A stretch of DNA of 63,279 nucleotides, counting the filler, from Octopus bimaculoides (lineage: Eukaryota): NCBI RefSeq assembly GCF_001194135.2. It is 7 parts of 4 records of this genome, joined end to end, with 100 filler letters (N's around TTAATTAATTAA, not from the genome) between each part and the next. Parts side by side here need not be neighbours in the genome. Positions count along the whole stretch, not along the records: positions 38,718 to 52,325 come from NC_068982.1; positions 52,426 to 56,303 come from NC_068994.1; positions 56,404 to 60,030 come from NC_068995.1; positions 60,131 to 63,279 come from NC_068994.1; 3 more parts are not named here. One strand, given 5' to 3'. The position numbers and the translations under genes are program-made. This document shows, in pieces, positions 51,247 to 63,279 of the stretch. The stretch's first letter is position 1; every line of letters starts with the position of its first letter. The notes under the pieces were generated by a model that searched no databases, was not told the DNA's origin, and saw nothing but the letters and a program-made list of their open reading frames with translations.

Positions 51247-52030
51247 AGGTGCATGGCTCAGTGGCTAGAGTGTGAAGCTCACAATCATATGGTAGTGAGT
51301 TTGATTCCTGAACCAGGTTGTCTGTCATGTTCTTAAGCAAGAGACTGTATTTCAAATTGTTCCAGCTCACTGAGCTGTAGAAAGCAATGTCACTGGTGCC
51401 AAGCTGTATTAGCCTTTGCCTTTCCCTTGGATAACATTAGTGGCATGGAGAAGGAAGGCTGGTATGCATGCAGTGCTGGATTAACCATTAAGCAAAATAA
51501 GCACGTGTTTACAGCATCAAGGGACAGGGGGCACCACAGAAATGAAAATGGTTTATGGTACAAAAGAAATTATTTTAAACTTGCTAAAATAATATCCGTA
51601 ATGCCTTATCTCTACTAAGTATAGAAGTATAGAAGCAGAAGTTTTAATTCTAATTAATTAATTTTAACAATGTCATTGAACACTTTGCAATTAAAAAATA
51701 AAACGAAGGAGAAAACTTTTCATATATAAATAAAATGAAAGCATACAAAAATAAACATTATTTTCCATCTTACTCTGAATTTTGTTTCATTTTGAAAAAT
51801 AATTTATTTTATGGTTTATTATCGTTTACATTTTAAATTATTTTTGCTTACATTTTGAACCATTTACATATATACTTGAGGGCACTGAAACCTTTTAAGT
51901 GCTTAAGGCCTCTACGGGCTTTAATCCCGCCCTGTATGCATGGGTGACTGCTGGTCTTTGATAAACAACCTTGCCCAAACTTCTGCCTTGGAAGGTAACT
52001 TTCTAGGCATAATGCCATGGTCATTCATGA
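51247..52030 (+). mobile_element. tRNA-derived SINE split by a hAT MITE
   Basis: Head GGTGCATGGCTCAGTGGCTAGAG...GAGTTTGATTCC; the body continues after 51942. Confidence 0.65.
51471..51934. mobile_element. non-autonomous hAT-superfamily element (464 bp)
   Basis: TIRs CAGTGCTGGATTAA and TTAATCCCGCCCTG (12/14); exact 8-bp TSD TATGCATG at 51463-51470 and 51935-51942. Confidence 0.88.
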
Positions 52031-52437
52031 CCAAAGGGGGTCTTCACCTTTTAATGTAGATACACTTTCCCACTCTTCCTTCTTTGTCTGTCTGTTTCTC
52101 TCTCTCTTTTCCCTCTCCCTCTCTTCCTCTTTCTCTGCTAGTCATAAGAATATGTGTTTTAAAACATTAATGCCATGCTTGAACTACTATCTGTAGTTAG
52201 TTTACTGATATACATTTATTCCTACATTTGCAGTTTTTTCTCCTTGTAGAGATTTTTAAAAAATAAACGTGTAAGGGTGCCTTCCTGTCTGTTTTCACTG
52301 TCTCGTTTTTGTTAACAACTTTGACNNNNNNNNNNNNNNNNNNNNNNNNNNNNNNNNNNNNNNNNNNNNTTAATTAATTAANNNNNNNNNNNNNNNNNNN
52401 NNNNNNNNNNNNNNNNNNNNNNNNNTATATATATATA

Positions 52438-52830
52438 GCAGGTATGGCAGTACGGTTAGACGCTTCCTTCCCAAACACATGATCTCCGATTCAATCCTAC
52501 AGCGTGGCTCTTGGGAGAGTATCCTTCTACTACAGCCTCGGGCCGATTAAAGTTTAGTAAGTGAATTTGGTAGACGGAAACTTAATGAAACCCGTCGTGT
52601 CCATTATATGTGTATGCGTGTACACGCGCGTGCACGCCTTTATATCTTTGTTCGTCCCCCACCATCGCTTGACAACCGGTGTTGGTGTATTTACGTCCCC
52701 GACAGAATAAGTTCCAGGTTTTTGAAATATAAGTACTGTGCCGATTATATCGACCAAAAATTTTTCAAGGTGGTGCCCCAGCATGGCCACAGTCTAATGA
52801 CTGAAACATGTAAAAGATAAAGATAAAAGA
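52438..52830 (+). mobile_element. full-length family A SINE, diverged
   Basis: tRNA-like head, short internal TG/CG tract, TAAAAGA tail. Confidence 0.8.
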
Positions 52831-53016
52831 TGTATATATATACTTATACATACATACATACATACATACATACATACATACATACATACATACATACATA
52901 CATGCACACACATACATATGTACATAGACATACGCGCGCGCATATTCAGTTTGGCAACATCTCTACAAATCACACAGGTCCTGTCAGCTATAAAGAAGCA
53001 GCAACGCATGCCAATA

Positions 53017-53075
53017 TCTACTTCATCCTGAAGAGGAGACTGTGACGGGCTGGAAACGTTGCTAATGGATGTAGA
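53017..53075 (+). ncRNA. degenerate type-I hammerhead motif
   Basis: UCUACUUCAUC-CUGAAGA-GGAGACUGUGACGGGCUG-GAAAC-GUU-GCUAAUGGAUGUAGA. Core and ACGU helix III are intact; stems I and II are damaged. Confidence 0.4.
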
Positions 53076-53282
53076 AAGTTTACTGTTCCAAAGGAACAAA
53101 ATGGAACTGATAAATAAAAATGCGAATAACTTTGATTTGACAGGAAAGATTAAACTAGAGCATAGCTGTGCACTGAATATATATAAGCGCGTGTTTGTGT
53201 GCGTGCGTGTATATGTGTGTCTCTGTGTGTGAATTCACATACATGCATGCATGTATATTCATGTACCCTTACATACATGTAT

Positions 53283-53323
<41 letters not shown>

Positions 53324-53566
53324 NNNNNNNNNNNNNNNNNNNNNNNNNNNNNNNNNNNNNNNNNNNNNNNNNNNNNNNNNNNNNNNNNNNNNNNNNNNNN
53401 NNNNNNNNNNNNNNNNNNNNNNNNNNNNNNNNNNNNNNNNNNNNNNNNNNNNNNNNNNNNNNNNNNNNNNNNNNNNNNNNNNNNNNNNNNNNNNNNNNNN
53501 NNNNNNNNNNNNATATTTATGATTATATATATATATATTTAGACATATACATATATATACATATAC

Positions 53567-53608
<42 letters not shown>

Positions 53609-54170
53609 GCAAACATACACACATATTACTAAGTTTAATAACTACCAGTAGTGAAAAAGTAAATGGAAATGTCATTGAAGCAGAAACCATTACAGAAAGC
53701 AATAAAGATGGCCGCTTTCTATATCAGAGAGACAGTTTGAAGTTTCCAATTTGCAGTTTGCAGTTTGAAGTTCTCGGCTATCAGCATCAACGCTAAGCAT
53801 TGATAATATTACTCCGACTGCACCTCCCATTCAATAGTCCCCTTCAGCAATGGATGTGATAAATCACAAGGGGCTATAACTTTACACGATTTTCAGTATT
53901 TCGCCATGAACGCCTGTGCTCAGCATTTAGAAGTCTTCTCAATCAGTACAGTGTAACAATTGCGAGTTAGATGGATGGCCTAGGATTGAGAGAAAGAGAA
54001 AGGGAAGAACGTGTATAGATAGATAAAGAGAGAGCGTGGTGGTGGTGGGGGGAGGTTCAGTGAGGGAGAAAGAGACATTGAAAAGTGGAAGAATTAGAAG
54101 ACTGCATTTTATGTGTTTATGTAAGTGTAATTCTCTCCCACTCCCTTTCTTTTGCTCTCCCTGTCACCAT

Positions 54171-54210
<40 letters not shown>

Positions 54211-54225
54211 GATAGAAAATAGATT

Positions 54226-54276
<51 letters not shown>

Positions 54277-54551
54277 GGATGGATGGATGGATGGATGGAT
54301 AGATGGACAGATAGATAGATAGATTCACTTATATTTATATATACATACCTGCACACACACACACATATTTATACAGATCAATACCTACACATGCATTTAT
54401 ATATATACATACACAAATCTATATGCATATATATATATATGTATATGTAGGTATATATATATATTCATGTCTTTATGTATATACACCCATATACACACAC
54501 TTATATCCGTATACAAATGCATACACGCATACTACGCAAATACATACATAT

Positions 54552-54601
<50 letters not shown>

Positions 54602-54883
54602 TTGCAAGCACGAATTTGTGCGTGCATGTATATGTACGTTTGTGTGTATATGAGTGAGTATGCATGCGTGTGTACAAGTCTGTACGTTTTAAAGCTATAT
54701 TCATATACAAATATCATATTACAAGCAACGCATATAAAACAATACGAAAGAATAACTCAAAGCGAAATAAAATAAAATTCGATTGTAATTCAATTAGGCT
54801 ATTAGGCTTGTATCGGTGCAGTGAATTGCCTTGAGGACTTCTTGCACTGTGTGCATACGTGTATACATACATGCATGCATACA

Positions 54884-54915
<32 letters not shown>

Positions 54916-55002
54916 AATACATGTATATGTATATGCATATACATATATTTTTGCATATAAATGCACACACACACATATATATATATACATGTAATTGAAA
55001 TT

Positions 55003-55035
<33 letters not shown>

Positions 55036-55126
55036 NNNNNNNNNNTATATATATGCGTATATATATATATATATCTTGATATATATATACATATTTATAT
55101 AGGTATATACATATATATATATATAG

Positions 55127-55182
<56 letters not shown>

Positions 55183-55755
55183 TGATGCATACGCATATAA
55201 TATATACATATATATATATATATATGTGTGTCTATATATGTATATGCATGTATGTACGAGTACAAACACATATATAAACATACATATATATATATATGTA
55301 TATGTGTGTATATGTATGTATGTATGTATGTATGCGTGTATGTATGTATATATGTTGTGTTGTAAAGTACAGGTTTTTAAACATTATATTCAGATATGAT
55401 AACGCCAATTGAAACATATCAGATAATGAACTCAATACGTGTAGTAGAGTAAACGATACCTTTTTTCTGTACTGTGAATATAATGTTTACGAAGGCAGGT
55501 TGAACAAACTGCGTCCTAGGCTACACAATGAAACAAAGGCTAATTCTTTCATAATGTAAAGGGAATTGACATCAGACAAATCAAATATAAATTTTATATG
55601 TGTGTGTGTGCGAACGTTGTTCATTCAATATTCTATCATTTATCTAACGTGGAATGATGTTCCCTGCAGAATGTATTTCGGAGGAGAAAATTTCTTCTTA
55701 TCGACAATATTTGTGAAAACATACCGAGGTAGGCTCTGAACGAAGTCACTGATCA

Positions 55756-55796
55756 GTGGGACACGTGTTTCTGCCCCGTTATCATTCATCAGCTAC
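55756..55796 (-). ncRNA. minimal type-I hammerhead, near-intact
   Basis: GUAG-CUGAUGA-A-UG(AUAACGGGG)CA-GAAAC-ACGU-GUC^CCAC. Palindromic ACACGUGU helix III and GUC triplet; one stem I mismatch and a weak stem II. Confidence 0.55.
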
Positions 55797-55887
55797 AGAC
55801 AGCGTACCTGTCGTTCACAGCGCAATAAGAACTGTCGTATTTCTTATGTTGGAACAGCAATTACAGATGCAGACTCGTACATATATA

Positions 55888-55919
<32 letters not shown>

Positions 55920-56042
55920 TACACATACATAGACACGCAACATACTATATTATAATATACATGCATACACCTACATATATATAGGTATACAGACATATTT
56001 CTATATATATTTGTAGGGGTGTGTTGATGTTAGAATGCATTT

Positions 56043-56093
<51 letters not shown>

Positions 56094-56220
56094 TACACAC
56101 TCATACACACATATCTATGGTTCAAGATTTTGAAAAATAAATATCAAAATTAAAAGACAGAGATAGGTGAGGAGACACCAAAGAAGGAGTATTGGTTTGA
56201 CGCTCAGGAAAAATGGAAGT

Positions 56221-56256
56221 CTTTGACGTTTCGAGCCTACGCTCCTCCACATAAAG
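56221..56256 (-). ncRNA. degenerate hammerhead motif
   Basis: CUUU-AUGUGGA-G-GAGC(GUAG)GCUC-GAAAC-GUC^AAAG. All stems are intact, but the core has two substitutions relative to CUGANGA. Confidence 0.45.
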
Positions 56257-56509
56257 GATTGAGGAGAAAAAACAGACGGAAATAGGAAAAAGACAGAGAT
56301 AGCNNNNNNNNNNNNNNNNNNNNNNNNNNNNNNNNNNNNNNNNNNNNTTAATTAATTAANNNNNNNNNNNNNNNNNNNNNNNNNNNNNNNNNNNNNNNNN
56401 NNNGAAAACAAAAGAAGCAAAAAAAAAAAAAGAATGAAGCAAATAAAGAAACGGTAACAAACAATAAGAAACGCTGCAAACAAAGACAGTAACATCAATA
56501 ACAACGTCA

Positions 56510-56529
56510 CTGATAATAATAATAATAAC

Positions 56530-56593
<64 letters not shown>

Positions 56594-56626
56594 GTAATAA
56601 CCACAGCAACAACAACAACATTAATA

Positions 56627-56657
<31 letters not shown>

Positions 56658-56778
56658 TGATGATGATGATGATAATAATAATAATGATGATGATGATAGT
56701 AATAATAATAATGATTATAGTAATAATAATGATAATGATAATAATAATAATAATGATAATGGTAATTATAGTAATAAA

Positions 56779-56833
<55 letters not shown>

Positions 56834-57139
56834 TGAAGAAGAAAAGAAGAAAAAGAAGAACAAGAAGAAGAACAACAACAACAATAGCAACAACAAGGAG
56901 AGAGATTGCAACAACAATAAGAACACGATCATTTACCAACATCCATTGTTTGTGTCTACTAATGCATATTAATGACAGTAAACGAAACAAGAGACAACGA
57001 CTAGATACAGTAACGCCGTCTAGCGGCAGCGATGAAGGTAAAACATTGTTGTCTGAAATACAGGCAGGCCATGTTTGTAAAGTCGCAGCAGAAGAGAAAT
57101 AAAACAAGAAAAATATGAATAATAATGATAATAATAATA

Positions 57140-57170
<31 letters not shown>

Positions 57171-57189
57171 TAATAATGATAACAATAAC

Positions 57190-57225
<36 letters not shown>

Positions 57226-57348
57226 TATAATAATAATAATAATGATGATGATGATGATGATGATGATAATAATAATAATAATAATAGTAATAATAATAAT
57301 AATAATAATAGTAAAATAATGATAATAATAATAATAATAAAAGTAATG

Positions 57349-57389
<41 letters not shown>

Positions 57390-57432
57390 TATAATAATAA
57401 TAATAATGATGATGATGATGATGATGATGATG

Positions 57433-57486
<54 letters not shown>

Positions 57487-57525
57487 GTAATAATAATGAT
57501 AATAATAATAATAATAAAAGTAATG

Positions 57526-57576
<51 letters not shown>

Positions 57577-57590
57577 GTAATAATATATAA
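56510..57590. repeat. large compound (AAT)n/(GAT)n microsatellite field with a ~230-bp unique island (~56880-57110)
   Basis: Direct reading. Confidence 0.95.
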
Positions 57591-57862
57591 ATAAAGGAAC
57601 ACAAAACACATTATTAAACAATCTTTTTATTTATTTATTTATTTATTTATTGATTTATTTAGCTTTTTTGTTTTTTACGTTATATTTGTAAGAAATTATC
57701 TAAAACGTGAGACAAAAGGTAGATGATAAGGAAGAGGAAGAGGAAGAGTGGTGGTGAGTGTAAGAGATGAGGTGATATTAGAGAGAGAAGAGATAGTAGA
57801 AAGTAAGAGGGAGAGAGAGAGGGAAAGAAAAAGAGAGAGAGGGAAAGAAAGAGAGAGAGAGA

Positions 57863-57903
<41 letters not shown>

Positions 57904-58027
57904 AATTGAGAGGCGTAGTGATGTAGGTTGGTGTGTGGGAAGGGAGAGGGAAAAAATAAATAGAAAGAAATGAAGATGATGACGTTGTAGAAAACTAGAA
58001 ACCATTATTATTATTAGTAGTATTATT

Positions 58028-58060
<33 letters not shown>

Positions 58061-58393
58061 GAAAACAGAAAGAGAATAACGACAAAAAGAAAGAGTCGAA
58101 GATGATGAAGAATAGGAGAAGAAGGATTAGATGAAGAATAACAAGAATATGAATAAAAATAATAAAAAAGAGGAGAAGAAACTGATGATAAAGAATATGA
58201 AGATATCGAAAGAAAAATGGTAAGCCTATTCAGATTAAAATGCTAGCTTGTTGGAATAGAATATGCAGTTTTATTCTATATATGTATATATAAGTACGTA
58301 TGCAGACATGTAAGAATTTATATAATTATAGTTAGATGGTTAGTATACCTATATTTCGTATATGCATGCATTTCAACAGACTTACACATAGAC

Positions 58394-58451
<58 letters not shown>

Positions 58452-58476
58452 ATAGGTAGGTAGGTAGATAGGGAGA

Positions 58477-58580
<104 letters not shown>

Positions 58581-58960
58581 CACAGATTGGTAGCTAGATA
58601 TATTGATTATGGTATGAAAACTGTAGCATATATATATATATACCACAATTAATAAATGAGTATATGCATATATACGTACAGGTATGTACATACTTACGTC
58701 TACCTGTATATAGGTGCATATCTGGGTACAGGACATTGCAAACANNNNNNNNNNATATAGGTGCATATCTGGGTACAGGACATTGCAAACAAAACGTAGA
58801 CAAGAAAATAATAATAACCAGAGTACAGAAAACACACAAACCACATAGACAGATTGGTAGCTAGATATATTGATTATGGTATGAAAACTGAAATATATAT
58901 ATATATATATATATAAATTTAAAGAATGGAGTAAACGCATGTTATAACTGCATACTTTTA

Positions 58961-59044
58961 TTCCGACATATGTTTCGAAGAATTACAATTTATGCGATCC
59001 ATAGGAATCGGCGATGTTAAAAATGTAAACTTCTCCTCAGGGAA
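58961..59044 (-). ncRNA. type-I hammerhead ribozyme with extended stem II
   Basis: UUCC-CUGAGGA-GAAG...CGAUUC(CUAU)GGAUCG...CUUC-GAAAC-AUAU-GUC^GGAA. All core nucleotides are intact; palindromic ACAUAUGU helix III; predicted cut between 58965 and 58964. Confidence 0.8.
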
Positions 59045-59968
59045 ATGTATGGGAACCAGCTTAAACGTAAGACATTATAACCGAGTTATATATATAACTC
59101 AATACAAATGGGCAGAGTAATGCGAATAGAGTAATACGAACTGCGGGGCTTCGATTGTGGTGAATAATAAATTTCAAGCAGCATTTACAAGTCGCCAGAC
59201 ATAACCGTTTATGCAGCAATATTTTGGGAGAATATTTAGAAAATATTAACTTGTTTTGCGTCGCTTAAAATGCACAACGTTTGAATTTTTTTTCAAAACT
59301 TACGGAGAACGAAGGAATGGCTGATGCAACCCCTCCGACAACGATGAACTTAATGCCATTAATGCTTCGTTTCAAATGCCAACACCAGCAGGGGAAATAT
59401 GTGCAAGGAGAAGAAGATTCCAGGAAATACGTATATAAGCTCTGGGGAGCAAGTATTCGGGAAAGCAGTTAGTCCGGAGCCGAGGAACGGCCGGGTTGGT
59501 GAAGGATTGGACACAACGTGTTGATGAATGGTGGAAAGACGAGTATTTCGAGTTTGCCCGAGTAGAGTCTACTTGTTAGAAATAGCAGTGAAATCTTACT
59601 TAATTCAATCAATAACTTTTTTTTCAGGGGATATATATTAGACAATATAATTCTAAATGAACTTTGATGAAACGGTGAGATGGTCAAGCCTAGAATAACT
59701 GTGATTATAGTACTGTTCCATAAGGATTGACCTCAAGGTTGATGGACTAAACAATAACAACGGCCACAAAAACAAAACGAAAAAAACCAACAAAAACAAA
59801 CAAGAATTTCCCCGCCAAACCTTGAATCTATTTATACAAATATTTTGAAACCCCAGCTTCAAGAGCTTAGTACCACCTCTACTACGTCCACTCACCCACA
59901 CTTCAACTCCTTTGATCCATGTTGTTGTTGATATTTTATTAAGATCACACGCATCTTATCTTGTCTGG

Positions 59969-60030
<62 letters not shown>

Positions 60031-60502
60031 NNNNNNNNNNNNNNNNNNNNNNNNNNNNNNNNNNNNNNNNNNNNTTAATTAATTAANNNNNNNNNNNNNN
60101 NNNNNNNNNNNNNNNNNNNNNNNNNNNNNNACCACCGTTTAACAAATCAATGTCATCCAAGAATGTCGATACAAATTATAGAAAGGTTGTGTAAACATAT
60201 TTGAAGCCATTTTCATTGTTAAACTAGGATACCGCGATGATAATGGTAAGGGTAAGGATGATGATGATGATGGTGGTGGTGACGATAGATTATGATGATG
60301 ATAACGGAGGTGTTGATGGTGGCTGTCGTAGGGAAAGATGAAATGGATGTTGTACTGGCAGTGGTACCGATACCTGATGAGATGGTCTTAGTTCTTTAAG
60401 ATGGTGGGGTGTATGTGATGTAGTGGTAGTTGATGGAGCTGTAGTGTATTTGTCTATCCCTCTATCAGTCTATCTTCCTATCAGTCTANNNNNNNNNNAG
60501 AA

Positions 60503-60537
<35 letters not shown>

Positions 60538-61494
60538 AGAAGAAGCAGCAACAGCAGCACCAATAACTTGTCCAATGTATCATGGCTGTCACAAGTGATC
60601 TCTCGGAACAAATCTCCTGCAATCTTGTAAGATCAAGTTCGCCATGTATTTTTAAAGTCCTGACTCTTTAGTCACCTCAACAGAGAAGGCTGATCGTGAT
60701 GTGAATTTTAACAATGTGTGCTTGGTGGCGGAATAATGTATAATTGCTATGTGATTAATACGTGTGTATAGTAGGAAAACACACGAGCAAGTGAAGAATT
60801 TTCAAAGTGGTGGGTAGCTTATATATGTATAATTAATGATATAAAAATTAGAATGTATAAGCATGGGGCATATACTGGATTGCCTCGTGTTTATATGTTT
60901 AATCTAGGTGTACCTGCTGATGAAGACTTCACCGGGCAAATTATTTTATTTGCTTAAATAAGTCAGAAACCATTGGTTCAGGAACTAGATTGGTAAATGT
61001 TTTTTTTTTAATTCCTTTTGAAATTTTATCCCTATTAATGGTTTGAAACTTAGCTGTTCTTTCTAGCGTGAGGGAATCCTATGTGTTTAAATGTACATAT
61101 ATGTATATATATGTANNNNNNNNNNNNNNNNNNNNNNNNNNNNNNNNNNNNNNNNNNNNNNNNNNNNNNNNNNNNNNNNNNNNNNNNNNNNNNNNNNNNN
61201 NNNNNNNNNNNNNNNNNNNNNNNNNNNNNNNNNNNNNNNNNNNNNNNNNNNNNNNNNNNNNNNNNNNNNNNNNNNNNNNNNNNNNNNNNNNNNNNNNNNN
61301 NNNNNNNNNNNNNNNNNNNNNNNNNNNNNNNNNNNNNNNNNNNNNNNNNNNNNNNNNNNNNNNNNNNNATATATATATATATATATATACATAGACATAT
61401 ATATACACACACGTACACACACACATACACACATATAGGGTGCGTAAGATATTTGAGAACAGATTTATGTTTATAAAAAACAGATATATAATAA

Positions 61495-61690
61495 TAGTTT
61501 TGCCGAACTACTGAGTTACAGGGCCGTAAACGCACCAACATCGGTTGTCAAGCATTGGTGGAGGGCAAACACAGACATACGCACATAAATATATATACGA
61601 TGGGCGTCTTCTAGATTTCGTCTACCAAATCCACTCACAAGGCTTTGGTCGGCCCAAGGCTATAGCAGAAGACACTTGCCCAAAATGCCA
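61495..61690 (-). mobile_element. family A SINE internal fragment
   Basis: TTTTGCCGAAC...CATCGGTTGTCAAGC...CCAAATCCACTCACAAGGCTTTGGTCGGCCC. Confidence 0.8.
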
Positions 61691-62496
61691 CAACTTACGT
61701 AGTAGGGAAGTACTCCGAAATAAAGGTTTATTCAGCCTCTCCCCACTGCAGTAATTTACACAAAGCTGAATCACTGATCCACCAAGTTACGATTTCAGTC
61801 CCAGGAAGTACACAGTTCCTTAGTAACATCAGAATGTGTGAGGGTAGCTTTATGAGATGGTATCTAAAACAAATCCACATTTTAACATATAGACAAAAAA
61901 AAAGAGAGTATATTATCTAATCAAGAGCTACAACCGTGACAACTTTAATATCACCTTGTCTCTAATGTACTTCAGAATCTGGTAGTTCCTTTGTTCAAAT
62001 GTAATCCGTGTAATGATGAAAATGCATCAGCCTTATCAAATCAACTGACACCTTAAACGAAGATCAGAGTTAACGTTTATGTGTAGTCACAAAAATAAAT
62101 TTATTCTTTCAATCCTTACCCAAACAATAGTATCCGAGCAAACAAGCTTAATCACAAAAATTAGTACTCAGCAAAATGCAATCCTGTACATATGACAAAA
62201 CAGAAGTAAACAATTCGTCGAGTCGCCTTCATAAATTCCGGCTAACAGTGATATGAAACGGAAAGCTGTAAGCTAGAAGTATAATCGTTTAATCCTCATC
62301 TATTACCATCAAATCTTGAAGTGTGGGTGGCTGTTCCAATGTCCCTGGAGATTTTTTTTTACATTATGTCAATTTTTATATTATATATTTTGTATTATAT
62401 CGTTTTTTTTTTAGACTTTGCGACGTCATCCACAGGACCCTGTCACAGCGTAGCAAATTGTGACAGTCAGAAATAAAAAGACGAATGAATGAGAGA

Positions 62497-62536
<40 letters not shown>

Positions 62537-62693
62537 GGGGGAGAATGAGAGGGGAATGAGAAAGGGGGAAAGACAGGGAAAGACGAGTTGATGCCAGTAC
62601 TTAACTACTAATATATTTATCGACCTCCAAAGGATAATAAAGCAAAATTAATCTTGATGGAATTTGAACTTGGAGTGCAGAGAGTCGGAACAC

Positions 62694-62758
<65 letters not shown>

Positions 62759-62772
62759 ATTGTGTGTGTGTA

Positions 62773-62809
<37 letters not shown>

Positions 62810-62852
62810 GTAGTATATTGCCACTTAAGTGTGGCTGACCCCTAGGTCATTG

Positions 62853-62893
<41 letters not shown>

Positions 62894-63018
62894 TTAGACA
62901 TATATATATATATACTTAGACATATATATAGGGCAGTAGACTTTTACAAATTTCACTACCAGTGGCCTAGCCTGTATAAAAAGTCAATAGATGACATATT
63001 ATTCAATTTAAAATAGTG

Positions 63019-63264
63019 TATATTTAAACAAAGAGAAATTACTAGTAACAAATAATTTCTACACGCTAGGAGACAGTCAAAACGATCGAAAAAACCCATA
63101 AAATTTAAGTCATTTCAAAGGGAATGAAAAAATAAATACTTTTACCTTGTATTTACGGTTATACCTATAGGTTTCGAATTTTGTGGTATTTTCCGGTCGT
63201 TTTGACTGTCTCCTAGCGTGTAGAAATTACCTGTTACTAGTCATTTCTCATTGTTTAAAATATA
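63019..63264. mobile_element. MITE with ~87-bp TIRs, TA-flanked
   Basis: 63019-63105 versus the reverse complement of 63177-63264, including an identical TAATTTCTACACGCTAGGAGACAGTCAAAACGA core. Confidence 0.88.
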
Positions 63265-63279
63265 TATAAATATTCTTTT

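Noticed and set aside
56352-57621. Poly-N/I/Y/L ORFs
   Set aside because: Translations of (AAT)n/(GAT)n.
58582-58890. 42-bp direct repeat (58582-58623, 58849-58890) and a ~36-bp repeat either side of the 10-N gap
   Set aside because: Both straddle a gap; most likely unmerged contig overlap or haplotypes.
60918-60940. CUGAUGA-AGACUUCACCGGGC-AAA
   Set aside because: No GAAA, helix III or stem I; at best an unrecoverable relic.

Overview
AT-rich, gapped eukaryotic DNA saturated with microsatellites, tRNA-derived SINEs and decayed transposons. The repeat landscape and TTAATTAATTAA gap linkers suggest a draft octopus genome (inference). I could not recognise any host protein-coding exon; nearly all ORF-track entries are microsatellite or N-gap artefacts. 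Supportable features: two tRNA-Glu(CTC) genes; pseudogenised Penelope-like GIY-YIG, mariner (x2), maT/Tc1-like, Tc1, Gypsy integrase, R4/Dong-type REL and RTE remnants; several MITE/foldback elements; a hAT MITE with 8-bp TSD; a 55-bp minisatellite; and a short interstitial (TTAGGG)n. The most interesting signal is about nine minimal type-I hammerhead ribozyme (HHR) motifs in unrelated sequence contexts. One lies in a tRNA-headed SINE with a Penelope-style inverted 5' tail and an 11-bp TSD (23422-23807). Another lies in a 339-nt unit with 50-nt perfect terminal redundancy, resembling a retrozyme or circular-RNA retrocopy (39090-39478). All structures were folded by eye; no computation or database search was run.
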